Origin: an uncultured bacterium
Lineage (GTDB): Bacteria > Fidelibacterota > Marinisomatia > SCGC-AAA003-L08 > TS1B11
Direction: 5' to 3'
NCBI GenBank assembly: GCA_964543925.1
Contig: CAZJBG010000003.1
Location: forward strand, 1 to 45,813
Length of the DNA: 45,813 bases
The notes beneath the pieces were generated by a model. That model saw only the letters and a program-made list of their open reading frames with translations, did not search any database and was not told the DNA's origin. Shown one piece after another: positions 25,447-35,523 of this stretch (positions are counted from its first letter, which is position 1; every line of letters starts with the position of its first letter). A program made the position numbers and the translations under genes.

Positions 25447-26082
25447 ATGAAACAGACACTGGATGCCATCGCCGACCGGATCATTTCAGGCGACCATGTT
25501 GAAATACTGCCCCTGGTGGAAAAAGCATTGGCCGATGGGGCATCTGCCAGTACGGTTCTCAATGGTGGTCTGTTGAAAGGCATGGGGGTCGTTGGGGTGC
25601 GATTTCGCGACGGCGACATGTTTTTACCGGAGGTGCTCCAATCAGCCCGAGCCATGAAACTTTCCATGAAAATATTGGAGTCGCTGTTTTTGGCTGGAGA
25701 GCATGCCTTTAAGGGTAAGATGCTCATCGCCACGGTGAAGGGGGATATCCATGATATTGGCAAAAACCTGGTGTCGATCATGCTGCAGGGCAACGGATAT
25801 GAAGTGATCGACCTGGGCATCAATTGTACCACCGATAAATTTCTGCAGGCCCTCGCTGATGAAAAGCCGGATGTTTGCGGTCTGTCGGCCATGTTGACCA
25901 CCACCATGCTGGCCATGCAGAGCACCGTTGCCGCAGTCAAGCAGGTCTACCCAAAGCAGTTGGTTATTGTCGGCGGTGCCCCGGTTAACCGAAAATTTGC
26001 CCAGGAAATCGGCGCCGATGATTATGGACATGATGCCATGAGCGCCGTGGAAATATTGAATGCAATGCTAGATGGAGGCTAA
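25447..26082 (+). CDS. Corrinoid (cobalamin-binding) protein, MtaC/MtbC-like
   Basis: N-terminal helical cap domain, then ATVKGDIHDIGKNLV (the DxHxxG base-off/His-on motif), then SAMLTTTM and GGAP, typical of B12-binding Rossmann domains. 211 aa. Confidence 0.9.
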   Translation: MKQTLDAIADRIISGDHVEILPLVEKALADGASASTVLNGGLLKGMGVVGVRFRDGDMFLPEVLQSARAMKLSMKILESLFLAGEHAFKGKMLIATVKGDIHDIGKNLVSIMLQGNGYEVIDLGINCTTDKFLQALADEKPDVCGLSAMLTTTMLAMQSTVAAVKQVYPKQLVIVGGAPVNRKFAQEIGADDYGHDAMSAVEILNAMLDGG

Positions 26083-26173
26083 GGGCCGTAGCCTGTTCCG
26101 CCTGGTCGTAGGGAACGAGGTTGGCCCTTCACCACATCATTGATTGACCGTTTGGGAATGTGGATTAGAGCAG

Positions 26174-26259
26174 ATCGTCAAAGCAATGTGAGCTGCTTGG
26201 TCTAAAACTAAGAGACACATTGCACGCTTCCAATGTTTAGCTGATGCCTCCTTGAAAGC
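26174..26259 (+). repeat. Copy A of an ~86-nt intergenic repeat (contains an 8-bp inverted repeat GCAATGTG...CACATTGC)
   Basis: Hand alignment to 31059-31144. The first 18 nt (ATCGTCAAAGCAATGTGA) are identical. Overall identity is roughly three-quarters with two or three 1-nt gaps. It lies 189 nt upstream of the adaptor gene ATG, in the same orientation. Confidence 0.6.
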
Positions 26260-26447
26260 TGCCCTACTTCTTCAGAACCATCCTTCGCTGAACTCAGGAC
26301 AAGCCTTGATGACTTTTGTGAACGATGGAGTCATGAGACGCGCAATCTATTCTCCAGAGGGCGCCTTCCGTCATTCCCCCCGTAATCGCCGTTAAAATTT
26401 TTAATCGCGGACAACCTAATCTTATTTGTTTAAGTCTCACAGGTGCA

Positions 26448-27701
26448 ATGGACAGGATTATACCCAAAAAGCGCTGGACACCTAAGCGGATAGCCGCCCT
26501 TACGCTTGGGGGGATTTTCATTGCGACCACCAGTTATGCCCTCCTTCTGGGCGACAGTGGCAGTAAAGTCAGGGTCTCAAGCGAGCGTCTCACCCTCTCC
26601 ACCGTATGGGACGGAGAGTTCCAGGAGTTCATCCCGGTCAACGGCACTATCGTCCCCATTCGTACCCTCTATCTTGATGCTATAGAAGGGGGCCGGGTGG
26701 AAAAGCGATATCTCGAGGCGGGGAGCTACGTCCAGGAAGGAGACCCAATTCTCCAGCTGTCCAATACCAATTTGCTACTGGATATCATGTATCGCGAGGC
26801 GGAGCTGTTTCAACAAAGCAACAACCTACGCAATACCCAGCTGGCCATGGAACAGAACAGCCTGACTCTACAGTCGATCCTGCTTGAGCTCGATTACAAA
26901 CTTCTCACCGCCCGACGCAATTTCGAGCGCAGCAGGCAGCTCATGGAGAAAAATCTCATCGCATCCCTTGAATTTGAAGAGTCAGGCGACAGGTACAACT
27001 ACCTCACAAGCAGCCGGGCCCTTACCATGCAGAGCCACAAGCAGGATTCCATTTTCCGTACAACCCAGATCAAGCAGCTCCAGACCTCCCTGAAGCGGAT
27101 GGAGGACAATCTCAAGCTGGTGAAGCAGAACCAGGACAATCTACTCCTTCGCGCACCGGTCTCGGGTCACCTGACTTCCCTCAATGCGGAGATCGGGGAG
27201 TCGAAGGTTCGTGGAGAGCGGCTGGGGCAGATAGACATACTCGATGGGTTCAAGGCCCGTATCCTCATTGATGAGCACTATATCAACCGCGTCCGGATGG
27301 GACAGAATGCCACCGTTCCTTTGGGAGCGAAAAGCTATCAGATGACCGTGGTGAAAATCTTCCCGGAAGTGCTCAACGGCGAGTTCCAGATCGAGATGGT
27401 GTTTGATGACGACGTACCGCCCGACATTCGCCGCGGACAGGCCGTTCGCGCCAGGCTCGCTCTGGGTGGGCTTTCCAAGGCCCGCCTCATGGCTCGGGGC
27501 AGTTTTTTCAACAAAACCGGAGGCCAGTGGGTCTATGTCGTGGAAGAGGATAGCAAAACAGCCTCACGCCGGTCCATTCGACTGGGCAGGCAGAATCAGG
27601 ATGAGTACGAAATACTCAGCGGGCTGGAGGCGGGGGAGCGGGTCATCGTCTCGTCTTACGATGCCTTTGGAGAGTTTGACAAGGTCGTGTTGAGCGACTG
27701 A
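26448..27701 (+). CDS. HlyD/MacA-family periplasmic adaptor (membrane-fusion protein)
   Basis: N-terminal membrane anchor, a long coiled-coil-like central region (QQSNNLRNTQLAMEQNSLTLQSILLELDYKL...) and a C-terminal beta-barrel-like region. It is followed by a MacB-type ATPase and permease. Confidence 0.85.
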   Translation: MDRIIPKKRWTPKRIAALTLGGIFIATTSYALLLGDSGSKVRVSSERLTLSTVWDGEFQEFIPVNGTIVPIRTLYLDAIEGGRVEKRYLEAGSYVQEGDPILQLSNTNLLLDIMYREAELFQQSNNLRNTQLAMEQNSLTLQSILLELDYKLLTARRNFERSRQLMEKNLIASLEFEESGDRYNYLTSSRALTMQSHKQDSIFRTTQIKQLQTSLKRMEDNLKLVKQNQDNLLLRAPVSGHLTSLNAEIGESKVRGERLGQIDILDGFKARILIDEHYINRVRMGQNATVPLGAKSYQMTVVKIFPEVLNGEFQIEMVFDDDVPPDIRRGQAVRARLALGGLSKARLMARGSFFNKTGGQWVYVVEEDSKTASRRSIRLGRQNQDEYEILSGLEAGERVIVSSYDAFGEFDKVVLSD

Positions 27702-27762
27702 CTGTCAAAGACAAAATCCGTTACGGATTAACACTTCTCGGAATAATAAAAAGGAACTACCC

Positions 27763-28521
<759 letters not shown>

Positions 28522-28522
28522 G

Positions 28523-30964
28523 ATGACCACTACAGACGTTCAAATTGCCATTCGTTCCATCACGAAGAAGAAGCTGTTCTCAGCGATCAATATCGTTGGG
28601 CTGGCTGTGGGCCTAACAGCCTGCATGCTGATCATGATGTACGTATGGGACGAACTGAGCTACGACGAGTATCATCCCTACGCCGACCGTACGGCCCGTA
28701 TCGCCGTAGAAGGAGCACTCGGTGGGAACAAGTTCGAGATGGCTGTCTCACCCGCACCCATGGCTGCAGCCATGCTGGCTGACTACCCGGAGGTAGAGCA
28801 TGCAACCCGGGTCTCCAACAGTTTCGGAGTTCCCGTCATACGCTACGGCGATCTGGTTTTCAGCGAAGAACATTGGACGGCCATGGACTCAACGGCCTTC
28901 GATGTTTTTGCATTGGAACTGGTCCGCGGTGACAAAAAGACGGCCCTCAGCAAACCCAACCAGGTGATGATCACCGAGTCGACTGCCCGACGCTATTTCG
29001 GAAGCGAAGATCCCATGGGTAAAATCCTCAACTCGGACCGCCGCAGGGACTTTGAAGTCTCGGGAGTCATCAAGGACTTCCCCCACAATTCCCACATGCA
29101 CTTCGATTTCATCGCCTCAATGGCGAGCTATGAGCGCAGCCGGAACAACAGGTGGGTGAGCAATAATTTCTATACCTACGTCGTGTTGCGGGAAGGCTAT
29201 ACCTTCGAAGGGCTGGAAGCCAAGCTGCCGGAGACCGTCATTAAGTACGTCGGGCCGCAAGTTGAGCAGTTCCTGGGAGTCTCCTGGCAGAAACTGGTGG
29301 ATGACGGAACCGCGTACAAGTTTTTTCTGCAGCCCCTCACTGATATTCACCTGACCTCGCACCTCGATGCTGAGATAGAAGCCAACGGCAGCTATGCCTA
29401 TGTCTACACTTTTACCCTGATTGCCCTGTTCATCCTTATCCTGGCGGCCATCAACTACATGAACCTGGCCACTGCCCGCTCGGCGGACCGGGCCAAAGAG
29501 GTGGGTGTCCGCAAGACCCTCGGGTCCCGGAGAGGCCAGCTCGTTAAGCAGTTCCTCACCGAAAGCACTGTCTTTGCCCTGCTGGGATCGCTGGTGGCGG
29601 CCTTGATGATCGGCCTCAGCCTGCCCTGGTTCAACAACCTCCTGGGCCTGCAGCTGACATTCGATCCGATGATCGTGCCGCTGCTTCTAGGAATTTCGCT
29701 AGTTGTTGGCCTGCTGGCCGGGATCTATCCAGCCTTCTTCCTGTCGTCGTTCAACGCCGCCGATGTGCTACTGGGCAGCAAGTCGAACACCGGCACCGGT
29801 TCCAAGCTCCGTAGCGGACTGGTAATTTTCCAGTTCACCGTTTCCATTGTGCTGTTCAGTGGAGCCCTGCTGGTGTCCAAGCAGCTAAGCCACATGCAGA
29901 ACAAGCCGCTGGGCTTCGTGAAAGACAATATGCTGGTGATCGAGAAAACCGATGATATCGGTGCCCACATCCAAGCGTTCAAGCAGGCCCTGGCCGACAA
30001 TGCCAATATCCTGGCCGTGACCAATTCGACGGCAATTCCGGGCGGCGGGAACGGCATGAATAGCAGTGTCTTCGCCATCGCCAAGGAGGACGGTGAAGAC
30101 AATCAGCTGTTAAATATAATATTCACCGATTGGAACTTTGCCGATGTATACGATATACGGATGGTGGAGGGCCGCTTCTACGACACCCAATTTGCCACCG
30201 ACAGCCAGTCAGTTGTCATAAACGCTGCAGCGGCCCGGGCCTATGGCATTGACGACGACGCGGTGGGCAGGAACCTGATCATCATACAAGATCCCGAGCA
30301 GGGTAATTTGTACCTGCCGATCATTGGGGTCATCGATGATTTCCATTACGAGTCATTGCATAAGAAAGTCCGGCCCCTCGTCATCTTCCCAATGGGTACG
30401 CCAATCTGGGGTGGCCAGCTGCAGTTCGGTGCCTACGTAACGGCAAGGATCAGTCCTGCCAACCTGGCAGCCACCCTTGATTACCTGGAGCGGACCTGGA
30501 AAGGCTTTGCCGATGATCAGGTGCTTGAGTATGTTTTCCTGGATGACCACCTGGCAAGCCAGTACGCCAGTGATGTCCGGGTCAAATCGCTCATGTCGGT
30601 CTTCACCTTTCTGGCGCTCTTCATCGCCTCCCTGGGACTGCTGGGGCTGGCGGCTTTTTCCGCCGAGCAGCGGACCAAGGAGATCGGCATCCGCAAGGTG
30701 CTGGGCGCCTCTATGGCGCAGATATTCGTCATCCTCAGCCGGGACATCATGTCGCTGGTACTAGTGGCCGTGGGACTATCTGTGCCCATCGCTTACTTTA
30801 CCATGAACCGCTGGCTGCAGGATTTTGCCTACCGGGTGGCAATCTCACCGGAGGTCTTTCTGGTTGCCGGCCTGGGCGGGCTGATGATCGCGCTGATGAC
30901 CATCAGCTACCAGGTATTGCGGGCCTCGGTGTCCAACCCGATCAGCGCCCTGCGGTACGAATAG
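28523..30964 (+). CDS. ABC transporter permease, double FtsX/MacB-type (813 aa)
   Basis: The ATG sits 1 nt after the ATPase stop. There are two FtsX-like units, each a TM helix plus large periplasmic domain plus three TM helices (KEVGVRKTLGSRRGQL and KEIGIRKVLGASMAQI). Confidence 0.9.
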   Translation: MTTTDVQIAIRSITKKKLFSAINIVGLAVGLTACMLIMMYVWDELSYDEYHPYADRTARIAVEGALGGNKFEMAVSPAPMAAAMLADYPEVEHATRVSNSFGVPVIRYGDLVFSEEHWTAMDSTAFDVFALELVRGDKKTALSKPNQVMITESTARRYFGSEDPMGKILNSDRRRDFEVSGVIKDFPHNSHMHFDFIASMASYERSRNNRWVSNNFYTYVVLREGYTFEGLEAKLPETVIKYVGPQVEQFLGVSWQKLVDDGTAYKFFLQPLTDIHLTSHLDAEIEANGSYAYVYTFTLIALFILILAAINYMNLATARSADRAKEVGVRKTLGSRRGQLVKQFLTESTVFALLGSLVAALMIGLSLPWFNNLLGLQLTFDPMIVPLLLGISLVVGLLAGIYPAFFLSSFNAADVLLGSKSNTGTGSKLRSGLVIFQFTVSIVLFSGALLVSKQLSHMQNKPLGFVKDNMLVIEKTDDIGAHIQAFKQALADNANILAVTNSTAIPGGGNGMNSSVFAIAKEDGEDNQLLNIIFTDWNFADVYDIRMVEGRFYDTQFATDSQSVVINAAAARAYGIDDDAVGRNLIIIQDPEQGNLYLPIIGVIDDFHYESLHKKVRPLVIFPMGTPIWGGQLQFGAYVTARISPANLAATLDYLERTWKGFADDQVLEYVFLDDHLASQYASDVRVKSLMSVFTFLALFIASLGLLGLAAFSAEQRTKEIGIRKVLGASMAQIFVILSRDIMSLVLVAVGLSVPIAYFTMNRWLQDFAYRVAISPEVFLVAGLGGLMIALMTISYQVLRASVSNPISALRYE

Positions 30965-30990
30965 TTTTTTACACGACTCCCTGTAAAGTT

Positions 30991-31027
30991 GCCCCCGGGA
31001 TAGTCTGGTTCCCGGGGGCATTTTTGT
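30991..31027 (+). terminator. Rho-independent terminator of the ABC operon
   Basis: GCCCCCGGGA-TAGTCTGGT-TCCCGGGGGC (10-bp GC-rich stem) followed by ATTTTTGTT, 27 nt after the stop codon. Confidence 0.8.
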
Positions 31028-31058
31028 TGGGTCTTTGGGCGTGCGAAGGGATGTGCCT

Positions 31059-31144
31059 ATCGTCAAAGCAATGTGACCCACTAGGGTCAATAACTAAAAG
31101 ACACATTTCACGTTTACCGGTTTAGCAAACGCCTCACCTGAAGC
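31059..31144 (+). repeat. Copy B of the ~86-nt intergenic repeat
   Basis: See copy A. It starts about 30 nt after the terminator T-tract and lies 222 nt upstream of the Wza-like ATG, in the same orientation. The stem is reduced to AATGTG/CACATT. Confidence 0.6.
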
Positions 31145-31244
31145 GTCAATCGTTTAATCTTCCGGCCCGCCGCTTATGACTTCTCTAAAGCCAGCTATGA
31201 CTCATTTGCTAGCTGTCCAACTTAGCAAGACTGGCTCTTAGCAA
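31122..31244 (+). promoter_or_regulatory. Cluster of TTAGCAA heptamers upstream of the polysaccharide-export gene (candidate regulator binding sites)
   Basis: Direct copies at 31122-31128, 31222-31228 and 31238-31244; the last two start 16 nt apart. An inverted half-site TTGCTA lies at 31206-31211. Confidence 0.3.
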
Positions 31245-31365
31245 AATCATCCTAGTGGTCCACATGACTCTGACACCTCCCCTGGATTAACTGTTGACTC
31301 TGCAGTACCGTGTCCCCCAATATAGTGCCAGGCTCCGTCATCCCTAAAAAAACCAAAAAGCACGC

Positions 31366-33777
31366 ATGCATCATCAAATAATATCCATGGTGAGTACCTT
31401 CGCTTTACTCCTTGCGGCAAGCTTTCTGCCGGCTCAGGAGACTGTTCCGGAAGTGCCGCCGCAAATTATTGAGCAGCAACTCAAATCCCGGGGTATGACC
31501 GCCCAGGAAGCTGTCATGCAGGCTGCTCAGCTGGGCATCGATCTCTCAAATCCTCAGCAGGCCGCTGCCCGAGCTCGCCAATTGGGTTTGCCGGAAAGTC
31601 AGATCCAACAGCTGCTGGGACAGATTCAAGAAGGGGAAACCGAAGGAGAAACGGCTCCCCCGGAAGAGCTGCCAGTAGAGTCAGAAGAGGCAGTCGACCT
31701 CACGGAAGACGCGACGGCTAGAACCAGAGCAACCACTGGCCCCCGGATACCCTATTTCGGCTATAACCTGTTCACCGATATTCCAGACAGTTTTGAGCCC
31801 AGTGCCATAGGGCCGGTAAATGACGCGTACCGGATCGGTTTCGGTGATGAACTACGTTTAACGGTATGGGGCGCGGCAGAGTTTCAGTATGACCTCCGGG
31901 TGGATCGAGAGGGGCGGATCTACATCCCCAAAGTGGGGCAAACTACCGTGGCGGGCAAGCGCCTGGATAACCTCCGGAAGGAGCTGCGCCTTTGGCTCTC
32001 GCGCAGCATTGATGGCCTTACAACTGACCCCCCCACTGTATTTATGGACCTGACTCTCACCAGGATGAGACCCATCAAGATCTTCGTTTTGGGCGAGGTG
32101 CCCCAGCCAGGCGGATATATTGTGGCGAATTCCTCAACCATTTTCAATGCCCTGTACAGTATAGGGGGACCCCTTACCTCCGGTTCGCTAAGAGAAATCA
32201 GCCTCATCCGGGAAGGCAAGAAGGTTGCCACAATTGATCTGTACGACTATCTACTGCGCGGCTATTCCGATCAGGAGGTGCGCCTGGCAGAAAACGACCA
32301 TCTGTTTATACCCTTAAGGGGCAAGACAGTGACCCTGGCAGGCATGGTAAAACGCCCTGCCGCTTACGAGCTACAAACTAGCGAAACACTGAAGGATCTC
32401 CTGTCCTTCGCTGGAGGTTTGCTTCCCCAGGCGTACACCAAGCGGGCTCAGATCCAGCGCATCATCCCTTTCCCTGAGCGTGAGGATCCCTCCATCGCCA
32501 GGGAAGTCATCGACCTGGAATTTGAACCTCTATTGACCAAGGGGCAGACAGTCCAGCTGCATGACGGCGACGCGGTGCGTATCCTTTCCACCCTTGATCT
32601 GCAGCGCAACGCTGTCTTTATTTCCGGCGCCGTAAAACAACCGGGCCAGTACGAAATCACCGACGGCATGCACCTAAGAGACTTGCTCGAGGCGGCCGAC
32701 GGCCTCTTTTCGGCGGCTTTTATGGGTAAGGCAGACATTCTCCGTTTCCGACCTGATCTTTCCACAGAGTTGATTACGGTGGACCTGGCGGCGGCCATGG
32801 CCGATCGTCTCCCGGATAATATGTTGCTGCAGCCGGAAGACCGGATTCGCATCTACAGCAGTGATCTGCTGAGGGTAAATGAGTTCGTCTCCATTCAAGG
32901 CAAAGTGAAGCAGCCGGGGACATATCCGCTGCATATAGGGATGACGACCGCCGATCTTCTCTTCCTGGCAGGCGGTTTTTTGGAAGGCACCCATAAGGCC
33001 AAGGCGGAAGTCTCCCGGCAACCTGGAGAGGATGATTCGCGAGAGATAAAAGCTCTAATTGAGAACATCTCTCTGGTGACGCATGCTGACGACACCCTGG
33101 GTATGGATTTTCCACCCGATAGTCCAGCTCGCCAATACCTGTTGCGGCACCGGGACATCCTCACCGTATTCACCGATCCCCAATTCGCACCCCAGGAGCA
33201 GGTAAGGGTTGAAGGGGAGGTACAGTTTCCCGGCTTGTATAGCCTGCACTCCGAGAATGAGACCCTCACCTCCGTCATTGAACGCGCCGGCGGCATCCTC
33301 CCCACCGGTTATGCGGAAGGTGGGCTACTCACTCGCGGCGGGCGGCGGATAGTGACGGACATTGCTGAAGCGGTGGAAGGGAAATCCAAGGCCGATATTA
33401 TCATGTTGGGCGGTGACATCATCCACATCCCACCCCAGCCCAATATGGTGTTCGTGCAGGGGAATGTGGGCTTGCAGGGTCTCATCAAGTTCTGGCCCAG
33501 CCAAAGGGTGAGCTATTACCTGAAAAAGGCCGGGAATTTGAACCCTGACACCGAGGCTATCTACCTCACGCAAGCCAACGGGGCCATGCAGCGTCTGAAA
33601 CGCCGCCTTTTCCTTTTTCGAGAAAACCCGGTAGTAGAAGATGGGGCCACCATCCTGGTCAGCCGCAAGGAGGAAATCAAGCCCGAGGATCGCACCGACC
33701 TAAAAGAGATATTGGGCGAAAGCTTGGCCCTGCTCACCAGCGTCCTGACTGTGCTGATATTGACCCGTGCACTCTAG
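31366..33777 (+). CDS. Polysaccharide export protein (Wza-like Poly_export domain plus multiple SLBB domains, 803 aa)
   Basis: Signal peptide. YRIGFGDELRLTVWGAAEFQYDLRVDREGRIYIPKVGQTTVAGKRLDNL is the Poly_export motif. Repeated GAVKQPGQYEI / GKVKQPGTYPL / GEVQFPGLYSL units are SLBB-like. Confidence 0.85.
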   Translation: MHHQIISMVSTFALLLAASFLPAQETVPEVPPQIIEQQLKSRGMTAQEAVMQAAQLGIDLSNPQQAAARARQLGLPESQIQQLLGQIQEGETEGETAPPEELPVESEEAVDLTEDATARTRATTGPRIPYFGYNLFTDIPDSFEPSAIGPVNDAYRIGFGDELRLTVWGAAEFQYDLRVDREGRIYIPKVGQTTVAGKRLDNLRKELRLWLSRSIDGLTTDPPTVFMDLTLTRMRPIKIFVLGEVPQPGGYIVANSSTIFNALYSIGGPLTSGSLREISLIREGKKVATIDLYDYLLRGYSDQEVRLAENDHLFIPLRGKTVTLAGMVKRPAAYELQTSETLKDLLSFAGGLLPQAYTKRAQIQRIIPFPEREDPSIAREVIDLEFEPLLTKGQTVQLHDGDAVRILSTLDLQRNAVFISGAVKQPGQYEITDGMHLRDLLEAADGLFSAAFMGKADILRFRPDLSTELITVDLAAAMADRLPDNMLLQPEDRIRIYSSDLLRVNEFVSIQGKVKQPGTYPLHIGMTTADLLFLAGGFLEGTHKAKAEVSRQPGEDDSREIKALIENISLVTHADDTLGMDFPPDSPARQYLLRHRDILTVFTDPQFAPQEQVRVEGEVQFPGLYSLHSENETLTSVIERAGGILPTGYAEGGLLTRGGRRIVTDIAEAVEGKSKADIIMLGGDIIHIPPQPNMVFVQGNVGLQGLIKFWPSQRVSYYLKKAGNLNPDTEAIYLTQANGAMQRLKRRLFLFRENPVVEDGATILVSRKEEIKPEDRTDLKEILGESLALLTSVLTVLILTRAL

Positions 33778-34242
33778 GGCCCCCTTCGGTTGACCGAGAC
33801 CGGAAGCCGTCAAAGCCGGAATTGAAAGTCTTTTTCATATTCAATCGCAATGCTTAATATCAGCATCACCAGATTCAAGAGCGGACAAGATGATGGAATC
33901 GTGGGATTGATGTGCATTCGCTAAATATCCATGTGATGCCCATCACGGCCGTTGTCCCGGAATTGGGTTAGTATCGTCCCTTTAGGTTAGGCACCATCAA
34001 CGATCTCTGGCTGGGGTGGACAACATGCGATTACCTGACAATTGGCTGATTCCGGCGGCAATGTCCGCATATTGGACATTTGCTCCCTGCCCAATCTTCT
34101 CCCGATCCCAGCAATCCGTCGCTGTTTTGGACTGGGAGTCCAGGGGTATACCCTTTTACGAAATGGCCCCATTGACCGACCGATTACGCTCGGTGGATGA
34201 TAACCAGGTTATTCGCGTGTCCTTGCGAACGGGTAATAATCA

Positions 34243-35337
34243 ATGCTACTAGACGGTGTCATTGGAGGTTTGATAGCCCTCCTGCTTGCATGCCTGTTTA
34301 CGCCGCTGTTCTGCTTCATCGGGCTGAGGCTCAAAATGATGGATTACTCCGGTGGCCGCAAGTGGCATGGAACGCCAATTCCCAGCGTCGGAGGTCTAAT
34401 AATCATATTTTCGATTATCTTACCCCTGTTGTTATTTAGCGAACTCACACCGGCGATGATTGGACTCATTGTAGGGGGCGGGCTCATCATTGGCTTGGGT
34501 ATCATTGATGACATCAGAGGTGTACCCTATTACTTCAAGTTTGCAGTTCAGTTTCTCGCGGTGGTTCTGTTCCTCGTAATCTCAGGACAGCATGCCAAGC
34601 CGTTTACCATCGTAGGGTTCACGCTGGATTTGGGATATCTCTACTACCCGCTTGTCGTGATTTGGATGATGGGGATTATGAATGCCATAAACCTCATCGA
34701 CGGACTAGACTCCCTCGCTGGGGGCGTTAGTTTCATCATATTGGCAGTTTTTTCGATACTTCTTTATCTCGGCGGCCACACAGGGGGTTTTTTACTTTCG
34801 ACCATCGTGGCCGGTGCAACATTGGGTTTCCTGCGCAGTAATTTGCTCCCGGCCAGGGTCTTTCTGGGAGATTCAGGCTCCCTATTCCTTGGATTCATCG
34901 TGGGATCGTTAAGCGTTATTTACGGTTTTCAAAATGGGGATGCCTATTCGGTAACCCTGCCTGTACTGGTATTGTCCCTCCCTGTGCTTGATACCCTTTA
35001 CGTGATGGCATATCGGATCAGCCAGAACAAAAACCCATTCTTACCGGACCGGAACCACATCCACCATGTGCTGCTTCGCCGCGGTCTCCCGGAATTTCAT
35101 GTTGTCCTGATCATTTATATCATGACCTTATCATTTTGCATACTTGCCGGCCTGTCAACAGCCTTACCGAGTGGGCTCATTATCCTCCTGTTCCTTTCCC
35201 TAACCTTTGTAACGATCCTTTTACCCCGCCTCCAACCCCTATTGCGGCCCTTGGCGATTAGCCGCGCCTTTTCTCTGATTAATATCAGGATTGCCGCTTT
35301 CATCCTGAGGAGCTTGCGCTCCCCGTTGGGGCCGTAG
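34243..35337 (+). CDS. Polyprenyl-phosphate sugar-1-phosphate transferase, MraY/WecA family (GT4 transferase family)
   Basis: GGRKWHGTPIPSVGG, GIIDDIRG, NAINLIDGLDSLAGG and FLGDSGSLFLGF are hallmark WecA/MraY motifs. About 10 TM segments. Confidence 0.9.
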   Translation: MLLDGVIGGLIALLLACLFTPLFCFIGLRLKMMDYSGGRKWHGTPIPSVGGLIIIFSIILPLLLFSELTPAMIGLIVGGGLIIGLGIIDDIRGVPYYFKFAVQFLAVVLFLVISGQHAKPFTIVGFTLDLGYLYYPLVVIWMMGIMNAINLIDGLDSLAGGVSFIILAVFSILLYLGGHTGGFLLSTIVAGATLGFLRSNLLPARVFLGDSGSLFLGFIVGSLSVIYGFQNGDAYSVTLPVLVLSLPVLDTLYVMAYRISQNKNPFLPDRNHIHHVLLRRGLPEFHVVLIIYIMTLSFCILAGLSTALPSGLIILLFLSLTFVTILLPRLQPLLRPLAISRAFSLINIRIAAFILRSLRSPLGP

Positions 35338-35523
35338 CCAACGGGCGAGGCCCACGAATCTTAAACCAGGCCGATGGCGCATTTTTCGAGCAGTGGCCGC
35401 CAAGATGGTGAGGAGGCATCAATACTGCCTGAGTGCTGACCTCCGTCGCGCTATTGGGGGGAAGGGGCGATTGGCAAAAGTCATTGAAGGCCCGCAGGAC
35501 GCGTTCTACTCCCTGGGATAGTT

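Noticed and set aside
26081-26129. Imperfect long hairpin after the corrinoid-protein gene (AAGGGCC...CTGTTCC...GGAACGAG...GGCCCTT), considered as a terminator
   Set aside because: The stems are interrupted and no T-tract follows. It is plausible as a weak terminator but too uncertain to list as a feature.
33778-34242. 465-nt gap between the Wza-like and WecA-like genes, with small ORFs 33987..34172 (-) and 34016..34252 (+)
   Set aside because: The ORFs overlap each other, have no motifs and have odd composition. I saw no tRNA-like or riboswitch-like structure. The region is left unannotated as a probable promoter/leader region.
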